From the NCBI GenBank assembly GCA_964016885.1, contig OZ024741.1, positions 55,118,001 to 55,182,000 of the forward strand: a stretch of 64,000 nt of DNA. The letters run 5' to 3'. Below are positions 14,143-27,775 of this stretch, one piece after another. Below the pieces are notes generated by a model. That model was not told where the DNA came from, ran no database searches, and saw nothing but the letters and a program-made list of their open reading frames with translations. Position 1 is the stretch's first letter, and each line of letters opens with the position of its first letter. A program made the translations under genes and the position numbers. The stretch comes from Eledone cirrhosa (taxonomy: Eukaryota).

Positions 14143-14296
14143 TTCATTATTTCTGAAGACGACATATATATGTGTTGGTATGTATATTTAATTTTGATAG
14201 TTTGTATAATTTTGTATAATTTTGTACATAGATCTGTTGAATATGCATGCCAATTCTAACACATATATATCCTAGAAACGATCGTTAAATAATGAA
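14143..14296 (+). ncRNA. Type-I hammerhead ribozyme with long stem II (family B pseudo-LTR)
   Basis: Perfect 10-bp stem I TTCATTATTT/AAATAATGAA; CTGAAGA 14153-14159; stem II ATATATATGTGTTGG/CTAACACATATATAT with imperfect closing pairs; GAAA 14275-14278; palindromic ACGATCGT, GUU triplet. Confidence 0.7.
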
Positions 14297-14490
14297 CTTT
14301 TTTTGTTTAATATAAGGAACTGTTTCATTGTTTTATTCATTATTTTTTTAATATTTTATCTTGACTCTGTATTCCGTTTATCTTTCACCGAAAGTGATTT
14401 TTCATTGCATCTCTTCTTTCCATGATATCCGGATTACATTGAGTTCTTCATACGGATTGGACACTACCGTAAACTCTTGGTAGATTTATC

Positions 14491-14547
<57 letters not shown>

Positions 14548-14707
14548 CGAATTAGTATATCTACCAACATATTTATACAAAAGTATACTTATGCTAGCAA
14601 GATATTGGTTTTGTCTTAGTAACTTTGTGGTTCAATACAAAAATGTACAACAATTATATGAAAGACGTAAAATAAGAAAATTATAATAATTAACTTACTT
14701 AAGTTTC

Positions 14708-14787
14708 ACTCCAACTAATTAGTTTCTGAAAGGAGATATACATAGTGTTTTCAAAACCATGGAGAATTCCTTTCTTCATCAGGGAGT
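14708..14787 (-). ncRNA. Type-I hammerhead ribozyme (family C pseudo-LTR)
   Basis: Minus strand reads ACTCC-CTGATGA-A-GAAAGGA...TCCTTTC-A-GAA-ACTAATTAGT-T-GGAGT: perfect stem I, 7-bp stem II, palindromic stem III. Confidence 0.8.
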
Positions 14788-14970
14788 CAATTCTCTGCTA
14801 AGATCCCTGGCGATAGGCGGACACCGGGATCATATATATATATACACATATATATATATATGTATATATATATATATGTATATATATGTATATATATATA
14901 TATGTATATATATGTATATATATATATTTATATATATATATGTATGTATATGTATGTATATATATATATA

Positions 14971-15184
<214 letters not shown>

Positions 15185-15446
15185 TATATAAAGAATGAAT
15201 AATAACAGGTAGACATCATAAAAAGATAATTTATTCTGTGTGCTTACAAATGTTTCCACGGTGGTTATACACCCTAGTTATGCTATGTGCAAATTTATAA
15301 CTATTTGCAAAACTCAATTATCAAATGCTGTGACAAATGTATCATCGGGGCAGAATGGTTAAAATGTAAAATGTAAATACCCTTAAGTGAGGTTATTGGG
15401 GAAGATGGAGTAGAAAAGGAAGAAAGAAAAGAGGGGCGAGGGAGCG

Positions 15447-15545
<99 letters not shown>

Positions 15546-15947
15546 GGGGTTGGAGAAATGGGAGAGAGTGGTTTGTAGATATCTTAATCAAAATGTTGTG
15601 GTAGGGGTTTTATTATACTGGTTACTCTTAAAGCGACCACCTTAAGCGATGCGTTGATAGTCAAGGTTGGAATTATTTATTTCCACAGAGGGCAAGTTCA
15701 TAGATGTGGAGAGGGAGGGAGGTGAACCTAGGGCGAGAGAGAGAGAGTGAGAGGGAAATGGAGAGAGAGGGAGAGATAGAGAGGGGACAGACGAAAGCTA
15801 TGGGATGGGTGTACATTGAGTTCATATTAGTAGGCTACAAATTGCACTAAGTTTCCATTTATAGTGATAAGCAGGGTATTGTCTTGTAGTGTGGGGGAAG
15901 AGAAAGTGGTTAGCTAGAAAGCGATGTTATAGTTACGGGTTCGAATG

Positions 15948-17632
15948 TTAAGTTATTTTATAGTGAGAGAATTTAGTCTTCAGTTTGTGGTTGCAGTATA
16001 ATGATCGTTCGATTCTATCATTTAGTAATTTATTTTTGGATTTTAAGATGTAAAAGAGTTCAAGGTTACATAACCTACAGTACTTCAATCCATTCCGATA
16101 TGCACTAGCGCTGGAAAGTATATCCCATTTCAAGGTGAACTGTTGGTTCCGTTCACGGAGTTGCCAGGTCTTGTTGGCGATCGTGGTCACAAAACGGTGA
16201 TTAGGATGTTTAATTGAGAATCGATGACGATACCAGCGAGATTTAAAGGAGGTAGTGGTAGACCCGATATAATACCATTTCTGGTCGTTCGATTCAACAG
16301 TGCATTGGTAAACAATGTTCGACTTTAGGCATTTATTCTTCAATGGACATCTTTCTGGTAGGTGGCAGTTACAGTTTTTGTTGTGGTAGCGGGTATACAT
16401 ACCATGGATAGGTTGGGATAGCATTACAGGTGGGTTCTGTAATACCCGTCTCCCGTTTAGTGGTTGGGAGGCCGATATTACGTTATGCTCATCTGTTATT
16501 AAAATATTTTGTTTTGTAGTGTTGTTTAATTGCTTTAAGTTAAGTTTTTTTATGTATGCTTCAAGGTTTGGTGCCGTGGAGTATGATAGTTTAATAGTTT
16601 TAGAGTTCAGAATTTTACTGTATTTATGGGAACTAGGGAAATGCTTGTTGATTAACTTAAAAAATGAAAGAGATAGTTTTGTACTAATCGAAGCATTAAA
16701 AATGGGGTTATACCAGATATACTTTCTACAACGTAATTTATTTGGTGATGATTTTCTATTATTAGTACCTTTGGTGGTACTGCGTGTGTGCGCTTGTATT
16801 TCAGTACCCCGGTTACGTATACTTTGATTCCGTGTAGAGCTATGTGTGTTATGGAGATTCTTATCAATGTATTCTATTGTATTCCGGTGGTCGTCATTCC
16901 TTAATGCATTATTATAGTATTCAGCATGTTCACTGAAAATCTCAGAGTCAGACGATAGACGAGAGATTCTAAGAGAAATACTATGGGGAACCGATTTGAT
17001 CATGAAAAGTGGGTGGTTTGAGTTAAAATTGATATAGGTAAGGTTCTCATTTATCTTGTGGAAGGGTCGTATCAGTCCGGTATTTAAATTAAGAGTTACG
17101 TCTAGAAAATTTACTACTTTAAGATTGTATTCGTACGTTATTTTTAGACCCAGTTCGCTAAAAGATTTTCTAACGTTTTTCCGTAGCCTTTCAAGATTTT
17201 GGTTATTTAAGTTATTAACTAATAAGAGCCCGTCATCTCTATATATTCCCCCCTGTAGGTTACTAAATTTACCATGTAGTATGTGGGCTATGTAAATTCC
17301 CACAAGATCGGTGACCTCCGCTGAGTCGTTGGAACCCATGGTGATGTCGAAGTTTGTGGGTCTGTCCTTACGTTCCCAGTAGCAGTTATCAAACTTGATA
17401 ATAGTTTTTCTAGCCTCTATAATAATATTAATGTCGTCCTCCGTTAGGTCGGAATTGACTTTAGCAAACGATAGGGCCCTACGTAAAGTGCCGGGTGAGA
17501 TTGAAGAGTAGTATTCGTCTATGTCAAGTTGTATAAATTTAGATTTATTCTTGTTCTTAACGTTATTAAACTAGCGAATTGCTTCGCTAGTGTTGCCCCA
17601 TAATTTAATTTCTATTTTCTTTTTCAATTGAG

Positions 17633-17633
<1 letters not shown>
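15948..17633 (-). pseudogene. PLE RT + GIY-YIG, one in-frame stop
   Basis: ORF 15948-17339 has MGS, IYRDD, FLDVTL, CNCx5Cx5C, IVY..YIG and CRLC. The frame extends upstream (LWGNTSEAIR*FNNVK..IQLDIDEYYSSISP) with TAG replacing the conserved Trp near 17572. Confidence 0.9.
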
Positions 17634-17712
<79 letters not shown>

Positions 17713-17848
17713 CAAGTAAGTACGTTTTGAAACAGTGAGCAAGTTTGAAATTAGAAAATAGAATAGCTTTCACCGTATTTTTGACTAAAGAAATTTTAGC
17801 CTGTTAATGGGGTTTAGAACCCTCAGATAAATGGAAAAAGATGAGTAT

Positions 17849-17919
17849 TGACGTACATGGGAGTCGAACCCACATCTTTGGTTATCCAGACCACTGTGCT
17901 ACCATTACACCAACACATC
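17849..17919 (-). ncRNA. tRNA-like sequence (mirror copy)
   Basis: Exact reverse complement of 17925-17995. Confidence 0.7.
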
Positions 17920-17924
17920 ACCCT

Positions 17925-17995
17925 GATGTGTTGGTGTAATGGTAGCACAGTGGTCTGGATAACCAAAGATGTGGGTTCGACTCCCATGTACGTCA
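17925..17995 (+). ncRNA. tRNA-like sequence (SINE head or tRNA pseudogene)
   Basis: Cloverleaf GATGTGT-TG-GTGT-AATGGTA-GCAC-A-GTGGT-CTGGATA-ACCAA-AGAT-GTGGG-TTCGACT-CCCAT-GTACGTC-A, with A box TGGTGTAATGG, B box GGTTCGACTCC and T5 ~10 nt downstream. Non-canonical: T37, GGA anticodon without a Ser long variable arm, and a Gln-like D arm. Confidence 0.7.
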
Positions 17996-18077
17996 ATACT
18001 CATCTTTTTCCATTTATCTGAGGGTTCTAAACCCCATTAACAGGCTAAAATTTCTTTAGTCAAAAATACGGTGAAAG

Positions 18078-18249
<172 letters not shown>

Positions 18250-18259
18250 ATATGTATAC

Positions 18260-18364
<105 letters not shown>

Positions 18365-18429
18365 TACATATATATGTATATATATATATCGTGAGAGAGA
18401 CTTGGGACATTTAATAATCTGTACTGATA

Positions 18430-18680
18430 TCTATATGTATAAAAGCAAGTCGGTCTGTGGGTGTGTCTGTCTGTCTGTCTGTGTACAAATACTAGGCTCC
18501 TTTTAAATTTTAGAAATACTAGGCCGATTTGGCACGTGCTATTGAGGCGACCTCTCATTGGCTAGCCAATTAGCTGACATAAGGTGACATGCACTCAGAA
18601 ATTGCTAGCTAAGCCATAAACGACCTTGAACAATTCAGGATGTTATTCATTTCCCGAGCAACGCCGGGTACATTTGCTAG
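18430..18680 (+). mobile_element. Non-autonomous Helitron
   Basis: A|TCTATATGTATAAA 5' end, (GTCT)n, 3' hairpin CCCGAGCAACGCCGGG, 8-nt spacer, CTAG|T. Confidence 0.8.
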
Positions 18681-18955
18681 TCTATCTATATGTCTATATT
18701 ATCCATTTAAAATACTTTTCTATTCCTATCTGTCTTTACTTTTTATTTTTCTGGTTGTCTGTCTGTCTATCTATTTATCTATCTATCAATCGATTTCTCT
18801 ATTAATCCATCTATCTATCGATCAATCAATCCGTCTCTCTGTTACCGCATCCATTTGTTTATCGAACTGTCTGCCTGACTGTCTGCAACTTTTCTTCTTC
18901 AGTGTATAGTGATAAATTGAATATTATTAATAATGATGTATGAGGTACTGTGTTG

Positions 18956-19031
<76 letters not shown>

Positions 19032-19074
19032 ATGAATGTGTGTATATATATGTATGTATGAATGTATATATATA

Positions 19075-19155
<81 letters not shown>

Positions 19156-19185
19156 TGTGTGTATATATATGTATGCATGAATGTG

Positions 19186-19277
<92 letters not shown>

Positions 19278-20545
19278 TTATATATAAACATATTTCCGCA
19301 CAAACACGTTTGTATGTAATATATATATATATATATATATATGAATGAACGTACATGACTATGTAAGTGTATATATATGCATGTACATATGTATATATGT
19401 ATGTATATAAGTATATAAGTATAAATATCTCCATATAGATCTATCTGTTTACAGTAACATTAATTGTTGTCGACAAGTAGTTTATGGCTGATCATAAAAC
19501 ATCCGCCATTGCCACCGCCACCGCCAAAACCATAATAACCAACAAACTCAAACGCTGCTGTGTTAATCAAGGAAATCCGTAACTACACGAAACTAGCGCC
19601 TCCTGTCGAGCAGAAAGATAAAAGAAACCAAAGCTACTACACTCACACATAAATAGTGTGGCCTCTCTTGGTTGAAACAGTAAACTAAGTCTCTCTAGAT
19701 TAACAACTGTTGGTATGAAAATTTAGTAGACATGAAGAGATGAGAGAAAGAGGGCGATGATAAACAGAGAGAAATACCAGGAGAAACAGAGAGAGAAAGA
19801 GAGAGAGTGATGATAATCAGAGGGCGGGCCATAGAGAGAGAGAGAGATGGGGATGATAAACAGAAAGAAGGAGAGAAAGAAAGAGAGTGGCGGGATGATA
19901 AACAAAGAGAAGGTGAATGAGAGAGATGGATGGGGAATAAACGGAGAGAACGAGAGGGAGAGAGAGGGTAAGAATGGGAGAGATTGGATGATAAACAGAG
20001 AGAGGAACAGAGAGAAAGAGAGAGAGAGAGAAGTATAGACAGAGAGAAAAAGAGCGAGAAAAGAAAGTGAGTAGGCAATAATGGGAGAGGACAAGGAGAA
20101 TGAGAGAAAGAGTGATAATAAAGAGAGAGAAGAGTGGGCTGGAAGGGAGAGCGTTGTTTGGTGACCAGACATTTGTCCGTTTTCCTGACTATGTCTAGTC
20201 TGCTAGTGTATGTGTAATTGTGTAGTTGTATGCGTGAGTATATGAATGATTTAGTGCGCGTGTGTGTGAATGAGTTAGTATGTCAGTACATGTTTGTGTG
20301 TGTACATATGTATATACGTGTATGTGAGTGTTTGTGTGCGGGCGTGAGTTAACGTGTGTGTGGGTGTGTATGTCTATATCTGTATGTGAGTGTGTGTATG
20401 TGTTTGCGTGTGAATGCATGTGTGTGTCATTGATGCCATAACTCCCCTTCCTGTTACATGATTGTTGTTGCATTTGTTGTTGTTGTTGCTTATGATGTAT
20501 CTATGTATATATATATATGTATATATATATATATACATATATAAA

Positions 20546-20581
<36 letters not shown>

Positions 20582-20657
20582 AATATTAGACAGGAACAAA
20601 AAAACAGAGAGGCAGTACAAATGGTAGTGTATTAAGTTCACGATTTTGAGGGGAGGG

Positions 20658-20754
<97 letters not shown>

Positions 20755-20791
20755 GGGAGAGAGAGAGAGATGGGTAGATGGATGGATGGAC

Positions 20792-20894
<103 letters not shown>

Positions 20895-21664
20895 GAAGGC
20901 TTTTTGTAATTGTTTTTCCTTCCAGCTAATCACTTCAGGTAATGAAGTTTCTCACAGACAAATTTTAACTCCTGTTTGAGGGTCATCATTTTATAGTCAA
21001 GTGTTCTCACCAAATATATTTTTTTTTTTTAGTTTTTAATATTCGTGAGTAAGATGGCGAGGGGGGCTATTTATTTGTTTGCATTTCATAAGAATCGCCA
21101 CATAACTCATGGTCTTCTCTATATCTATGATTTTATTTGTTGTTTTCCAAATAAAAGGATTCCAGCTTTTTAAGTTGTTTTGTTTTTTTTTACTTCTTTA
21201 GTATGTATCGTTGAGATAATTTTCAAGTTCTTGACATTTATGGAAAGATCATATAATCAGATACTTAATAGTAAAATGAAAGGATATTATTCTGTTGTGA
21301 ATATCCCTATTTATATTGTTAACCAATGTCAACATTAATTTGATTAATTCCTTATGAATATTTGTCAAACATAGTCTGGTTTAATTCTAGCCCGTATTTT
21401 TTTTTTGTTTTATAAATTGATACTTTCTTGAAACATTTCGCTTTTAGAATACTTTTCAATCATCTACATATATTCGTTGCTCTCTCAGATCACCATGCTG
21501 TCACCAATGCATACCAATCTCCTCTCTTCACGTCACCGATGGTGTCCAAGGGAAAGGCAATGTCTGATTCAGCTTGACACTAGTGTCGACAAAACTGGAT
21601 CATTTTGTTTGTTTTTGTTTTTGCTTGTTATTTTTTATTTTACCCACTGTGGCTGCTTATATGG

Positions 21665-21815
21665 TCACTGAGTTCAAATCCCACCGAGGTCAAATTTTCC
21701 TTTCATCATTCCGGGTTCGATAAAACTAAGTTCCAGTTAAGTACTGGGTCGATATAATCGACTTTTGCCTATCCTCTAAATTGCTGGTTTTGTGCCAATG
21801 ATAGAAAGAATTATT
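21665..21815 (+). mobile_element. tRNA-derived SINE with Deu/Nin-type central domain (partial)
   Basis: B box GAGTTCAAATCC followed by a CCTTTCATC..GGG.TCGATAAAA motif and TAGAAAGAATTATT tail. Confidence 0.75.
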
Positions 21816-23099
21816 TCTGGACAGTTTGCACTTTTTGTTATACAATTATAACACGCCATTTGCGTTCACGAAATGTATCTGTCTTGTGAAATTGTTTTGT
21901 CATGAAATAATTTAGCTTTGAGTGTACTTTGTCCCAGTATAATTTCATTCTCTGCGTATGGTCAACAGAAAGAGAGTGATGGATTGGTTAGATTCTAACC
22001 AATCTATCGCTCTCTTATTTCAAACCATTAGAGAGATAAGATTGGTGAATAAATACTGCTTAGCAATATTTGTTACGGCTCTTGAGTTCATAACTCCAAG
22101 AAAAATAGACTTTATAATATGCCTTTTTGGATATGGAATTTCTTTAGTTCTTCACTGATGTTATTCATGTTTCCAACCATGTCATTTTTAATGTTATTCG
22201 GAATGGATATTCTCTTTTGAGCCAAATATCGCCACAAGCTTCAATAAAATATTTTTTAATGGATGCGATCCTAAGAATATCTATATTTAACATGGCTCGT
22301 GCTGTCATATTAAGGTATCTAATCACGTTGTATATCTATATGTCTGCATGCATGTATCTATGTAATGTATGTATCTATGTAATGTATGTATGTAATGTAA
22401 TGTATGTATCTATGAATGTTTAGAATGGCTGGTATCATATTAGTAAACATATTTGTGTTACAATTGTACAAAGAATAAGAATAGCAGTGTGTGTTTATAC
22501 TGGTTTACTTTCTGGCAGTGAATAATGAAACGTACATATATTTTATCATTCATAGTGAGGAGGCTGGAGTCTCCTTAGGCTGTTGGTGAGTTGAGGATTT
22601 GCTCTGTATTCTGGTGTATTGTTAACGAGGCTGCTGCGAAGCGTCAAAGAGCGAGAGTTGATCTTTCAGCCTCTTACTTATAGTGGCCAAGAGGACGTAA
22701 CTCCTTTTACCTCCTGTAGGTGACACCAGGGGTCACTACCGTCACAAAGGGACGCAACTCTTATTTTAGTTCTGATGTCCCCCGCAAGGGAGTGGGGACG
22801 CTACAAATGTATGTATCTATAAATGTATGTATCTATGAATGTATGTATGTGAGTATGTATGTAGGTGTGTATGTTCTTCTGGTTTTATAATTTCACAAAG
22901 TTTTACCAATAGAGAGAGAGTCGGTTTCTGACATAGACACAAGACTCTCTCATTGGAATTTACACAACATCAACTAGGTAGATATGTATGCATGCATGTG
23001 TAGATATGGATGTTATTGCATGTGTAGATGTTTTGAGTTGTATGTGTGCATGTGTATATGCTTTGCATCTGTACATGTGTATATGCAGTTATTAGATGC

Positions 23100-23272
23100 A
23101 AATTTTTTGGAATGTTTTACATATTTTTACTGTTCCATTAATGGATTATACTTGTAGTTTCCTAACTAGTTGTGTTCTTTCTGTTCCTGTGAAGCCTAGC
23201 TTCTCAAGATTTGTATTGAGGCAGTTACTAACATATCCCAGTGCCCCAATAATCACAGGCATAAATCTGAAG
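23100..23272 (-). pseudogene. Decayed C-terminus of a restriction-like-endonuclease non-LTR retrotransposon
   Basis: My translation FRFMPVIIGALGYVSNCL...LQV*SINGTVKICKTF resembles the PIVIGALG..LQK..GT end of ORF 46687-47298. Confidence 0.55.
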
Positions 23273-24659
23273 GTATATGTATGTATCTATCTATGTATGT
23301 ACGTATGTATGTATTTATTTATTTATGCAAGTAAAACCACCGATTGTCCCAAGCCGTTAACAAAACACTCAGAAAACCATTAAACTAACACCGGCCCGCC
23401 TTCCTAAGTTCTGTAAATCAATCACAGAACTGCACCACATACAGGAAGACAAACATTACCAAACTGGAGCAATCGTATTACGTGATTTCGATATAATAAA
23501 AACTCTCTAGTATGTAATGTATGTATGCAAGTATGTATGTAATCATATATATGTGTATGTATGCATGTAATCATGTGTATGTAAACATATGTATATGTAC
23601 GCATGACATGTACGTCATGTATGCATGTATATATGTAATGTATGTATGTAGTTATGCAGTGTGTGTATATAATGTATGTATATATGTAATGTATGTAAGT
23701 AATGTATGTAGGCAGGTATGTATAAAATACATGCGTGAATGTGTGCATGTTTACATGTATGTATGTATGCAAAGTATGTATGTATAAAATGTATACATAT
23801 ATGTAATGTATGTATGTATTGATTGATTGATTGATTGATTATCTTCGGGAAAAAAAATCGAAATTTTTTCAAAACATGGCTGCAGGTTAGCAAATATTCA
23901 ATGTAAATAAAATCTAACTTACAATATTTTACAATAATACCGAGCTCCCAGAATCCTTGTACGTAGTTTGCACTTAGACTTAACAGCTATGACGCTTTTA
24001 TTCATAATTAAAGATTTAATAAGCTAATACTGAAAGGTGTCGTCTGTGTTACGATAAACTCAAGTTTACGTGTGTGCGTGTGTTGCTGAACTTTAAAGTT
24101 GTTTCGTGACACTTTAACTGAAGTTACAAATCCTCATACTGATTGACCTGTTTTATCCTTGTTGGAAATTTTCGAAGTTTGAAGATTCCTGCTAGTGAAG
24201 AAATTGGTCAGTAATAGTCAGGAAGTTTCACTTCAATTCCATCCATTTATAGAGTATATTTACGCAGTTGCAGCAATGTATGCTTGCTGATGCATACATG
24301 GCTGCAATGGCTATCAAAAAGTAATTAACCTCGTTAATTTGTGGCAATCTGAGACTATATTGTGTAATTTCTGTATAATAAGTATCCTGGAGAACACTTG
24401 GTTGCTGCCAGATGTGATATAACTTAACTCTCAAATGTATTCGAAAAATTTAATTTGCTGAACAATTAGGAGAAACAGTTATGAGGGGGAAAACTGTAGT
24501 CTTTTAACGTACAAAATGAAAGCAAATGGGTTAGTGATTTGAGCGTTGGATTCACAATCGTGATGTTGTGAGTTCAATAAATGAGGACGACATGAATTGT
24601 TGTAGTTTTTAAAACTGCATATCATTGAATTTCAACTGCATGGTGAAATGTCTTGAAGG

Positions 24660-24725
24660 TATTCATCAACCTCGAAAGGATGAAAAGAAAAGTTGACCTC
24701 GGCGTATTTTAATCTCAGCGCAGAA
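24660..24725 (-). mobile_element. Degenerate Deu/Nin-type SINE fragment
   Basis: Reverse complement reads GCCGAGGTCAACTTTTCTTTTCATCCTTTCGAGGTTGAT. Confidence 0.6.
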
Positions 24726-24974
24726 AACAGGAACGAATATCACAAACTATTTTTACATGAGCGTTCGGTTTAGCGATATGCTAGAGGTGAATATTCCACC
24801 CAGGCTGGTGGAGTCATTTTGCTAATGCTGACAATACAGAATAACCTCATTACGGTTAAGAAAAACAACGCAAACCGAGATTTTAACATAGCAAATGTTG
24901 CTGCAGGCGGCGAATTAGCAGTCGGATAGAATGCTGAGAGGCATATTCGTTCTGGCTCTTGTGTTCTGATATTA

Positions 24975-25006
<32 letters not shown>

Positions 25007-25009
25007 CAT

Positions 25010-25940
25010 CAGGGCGGTGAATTGGCAGTATCGGTAGAGTGTCGGACATGCTTTCCAGCATAGTTACGTCCCTTTACGATCTCAGTTCAAATCCCGCCGA
25101 GGTTAACTTTGCTTTTCATCCTTACGGGGTCGATAAAATAAAGTACCAATAATGTACTGGATAATTGCTGGCCTTGTGTCAAAAGTAGAAACAATTATTA
25201 TTATCATCATTATTATTATTTGTTTTTCTTCTACCTTCAGTATTGCTTCCGTTTTTTGCGGAGTATCTTCCTGACACCTAGGGCAAATAAACTGACTGTA
25301 TACATTGTCCTGGTGCCTTCCAGTTACTTACTTTTTTCCGTGCGCCAAACACATCATCTGATTTAGTATCTTCCCATAGTTGTTCGTGACAGTGTTAGTT
25401 GTTCTTTCTAGTTCTGTGCACGATAATTTCCCTTCTTCTGTGCATAATCTTCTTCAGAACTCTTCTAATTCTTTTAATTTCGAGGCTACATTTACCTTAT
25501 TATTACTGGTTTGTCAGTATCAGTAGAACATCAGACACCATGCTTTGCAGCATAGAGTTATGGCCCTTTGCGTTCTGAGTTCAAATCCCGCTGAGGTTAA
25601 CTTTGCCTTTCATCCTTACGGGGTCTATAAAATAAAGCACCAGTAATACACTGGGGTAATTGCTGGCCTTGTGCCAAAAGTAGAAACATTATTATTATTA
25701 TTATCATTATGGATTGGCAGTATCTGTAGAACGTCGGACAACATACTTTGTGGCATTGAGTTATGGCCCTTTACGTTATGAGTTCAAATCCTGCCAAGGT
25801 TAGTTTTGCCTTTCATCCTTACGTGGTCGATAAAATAAAGCACCAGTAATGCACTTGGGTTGATGTAATAGACTTTCCCTTCCCCAAATTTTACGGGCCT
25901 GTGCCTAAAAAGTAGAAACAATTATTATTATTATTATTAG
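25010..25940 (+). mobile_element. Cluster of three same-orientation Deu/Nin-type tRNA SINEs (~25010-25200, ~25505-25700, ~25710-25940)
   Basis: Each has GGCAGTATCGGTAGA-like head, GTTCAAATCC, GCCTTTCATCCTTACGGGGTCGATAAAATAAAG-like core, and AAGTAGAAAC plus (ATT)n tail. Confidence 0.85.
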
Positions 25941-26714
25941 CTACCAATATCCACTCCATCGTGACCTCGGGATGTTATTGGTATTGATAATCAAAATGCG
26001 CTACGACTAACGCACCTGTGTAACTGCAGCAGCTGTTAAGATGATTGTGTGTTGATACCTGATGTAGTTTCTATTAGTGATTTGGTTGGTCAGTTGTTCA
26101 TTGAAGTGTGGCAGAATTTGTATTAGTAATTGTGGCATGATGGGTGATTTCGTGAGTTGTTCTATCCCATAGATAACTTACATCGAAGTTATGATAACAC
26201 AGGAAAAACAACAAAGAGTCAAAGTGTAATTGTTTGTTGTTTGTGTGATAGGTTTTACGTGAACGCCGTAGTCTGAAAAGATGCATGGAACTAACATTTG
26301 TTGGAATCAAACGAGAGTACAGCTGTCTCGACTCGCTGACCGAAAAGCCCAAGTGAATATCTATTGGCGACTACATCGTTTGGCCGCCAGAAGAAACTGG
26401 GCTGGACTGAGCTGGACAGCCGGGAGCAGACTTTCTATGAGAATTTGTTATCGTTGACACTAAACAGATGGTCCTCAGAAAATTGTTTACTTCCAAACAT
26501 TTTGGCGACATGAATCCCTCAAAACAAAGAAAATAAAGAAATATGCGGGTACAGGGGAAATTGTTTATCTGTGAGGCCAGAGACAGTCTATGTGGTTATA
26601 TGATATTTTTTCACCAACCGAAGGAACAATAGTTCAAATCTCTCTGTTTAGATTGTGTTACAGAACTATTCCAAGCAACGCAATGACATGACAGTGAAAG
26701 TTAAGCTCAACCAA

Positions 26715-27520
26715 GTATGGGCATCTTTCGTACGGCGTGTCTTTCCGCAATTCATCTCCCTGGCATTCGTGGGTCAAGCGCAAAGCAAAGTTGGGAGACT
26801 GGCATCTAGAGTATTACCAGGGGTTCCCGGCACTTTACCCGGACAACACGATAAGAGGCCAGAAAACCACACGAGCCGTCTATAAAGGGTTAATGGAAGG
26901 TATTAGTTATGATGGCCTTGGAACAGCTTTGAGTATTGACGATGACAGTCTGAACAGGCTCTTCTTGAGAACTTTCTGGTAGGAGATCATGGGTAAATAT
27001 CCAAAACTCCTTGGCATGGCAGGACTACAAAGGCGCACTTCCAGTTCGAGAAAAGCTCTACAAACATAGAAGTGCCAACAGCAGGACCTATCCGATATGC
27101 ACACAGAGCGAAAAACCGTCCTGCATGATGACATCCAGTACTCGTACATTGCAGAATTGTGAGCTTGCGTTGGATAACTGCTATCACGTTAAGGACAGAT
27201 CCGGCTACCAGCCGAATCTATAGTGAAGATTAAACTGCCGCCTTCTTTTAGAAGATTGGCACGAATAGTGTCCCTCTGTCTGGTAGATATGGCGAAAGAA
27301 GCTGTATGGTGGATTTGTCTCAAAGGATTGAGGACAGGGATTTTCTCTCCGGCTAATCCCTCATCAACTTCTTCAAATAGAATTTGAATAAGGTGAGGCT
27401 AGAGAGTGAGTTCTGCTTTCTAATGTGTTTTAGGAAATATGGGTGAGGGCGGCGAGATTGACACGACAGAACGGACCTAATCTGTCAATGTTTTTTTAAA
27501 TAGGAGGAAGGAACATGAGA
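26715..27520 (+). mobile_element. Decayed L1/Tx1-type LINE 3' fragment
   Basis: Fragmented frames including LAWQDYKGALPVREKLYKH..RTYPICTQSE, a degenerate C-terminal zinc-knuckle region, with many stops and frameshifts. Confidence 0.6.
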
Positions 27521-27642
27521 AAGGGCAGGTTTGATGTCGTGAAGTAACAGAGTAATCCGGGATTTTTTGTAAGAGTTTCCCATTGTTGACATTGATTATT
27601 GTTTTATTTATTTTGTTCTAATGTTTTGTATATTTATTACAA

Positions 27643-27775
27643 GGAAGACGCGTGGCTGAGTGGTTAGAGAATTGGATTCGCAATCGTGAGATTGTGAGTT
27701 CGATTCCTCGACCGGACGATGCGTTATGTCCTTAAGCAAGACACTTTATTTCCCGTTGCTCCTTCTACCTGGAGT
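27643..27775 (+). mobile_element. tRNA-derived CORE-type SINE
   Basis: A box GTGGCTGAGTGG, B box GAGTTCGATTCC, CORE-like TATGTCCTTAAGCAAGACACTT. Confidence 0.75.

Larger units (their letters stand above)
5740..14495 (+). mobile_element. Penelope-like element (family B, Hydra-clade-like) with ~2.3-kb 5'-inverted duplication of its 3' UTR/pseudo-LTR
   Basis: 5740-8061 is the reverse complement of 11850-14358 apart from microsatellite length changes. RT-GIY-YIG ORF lies between the arms, hammerhead at 14143-14296, unpaired tail 14359-14495, (TA)n on both sides. Confidence 0.9.

Noticed and set aside
17925-17995. Functional tRNA-Ser(GGA) gene
   Set aside because: No long variable arm, pyrimidine at position 37, mismatched anticodon stem top and several G-U pairs in the acceptor stem.
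22660-22805. GC-rich hairpin cluster as a possible HDV-like ribozyme
   Set aside because: Several small hairpins are present, but I could not assign the P1-P4 nested pseudoknot.
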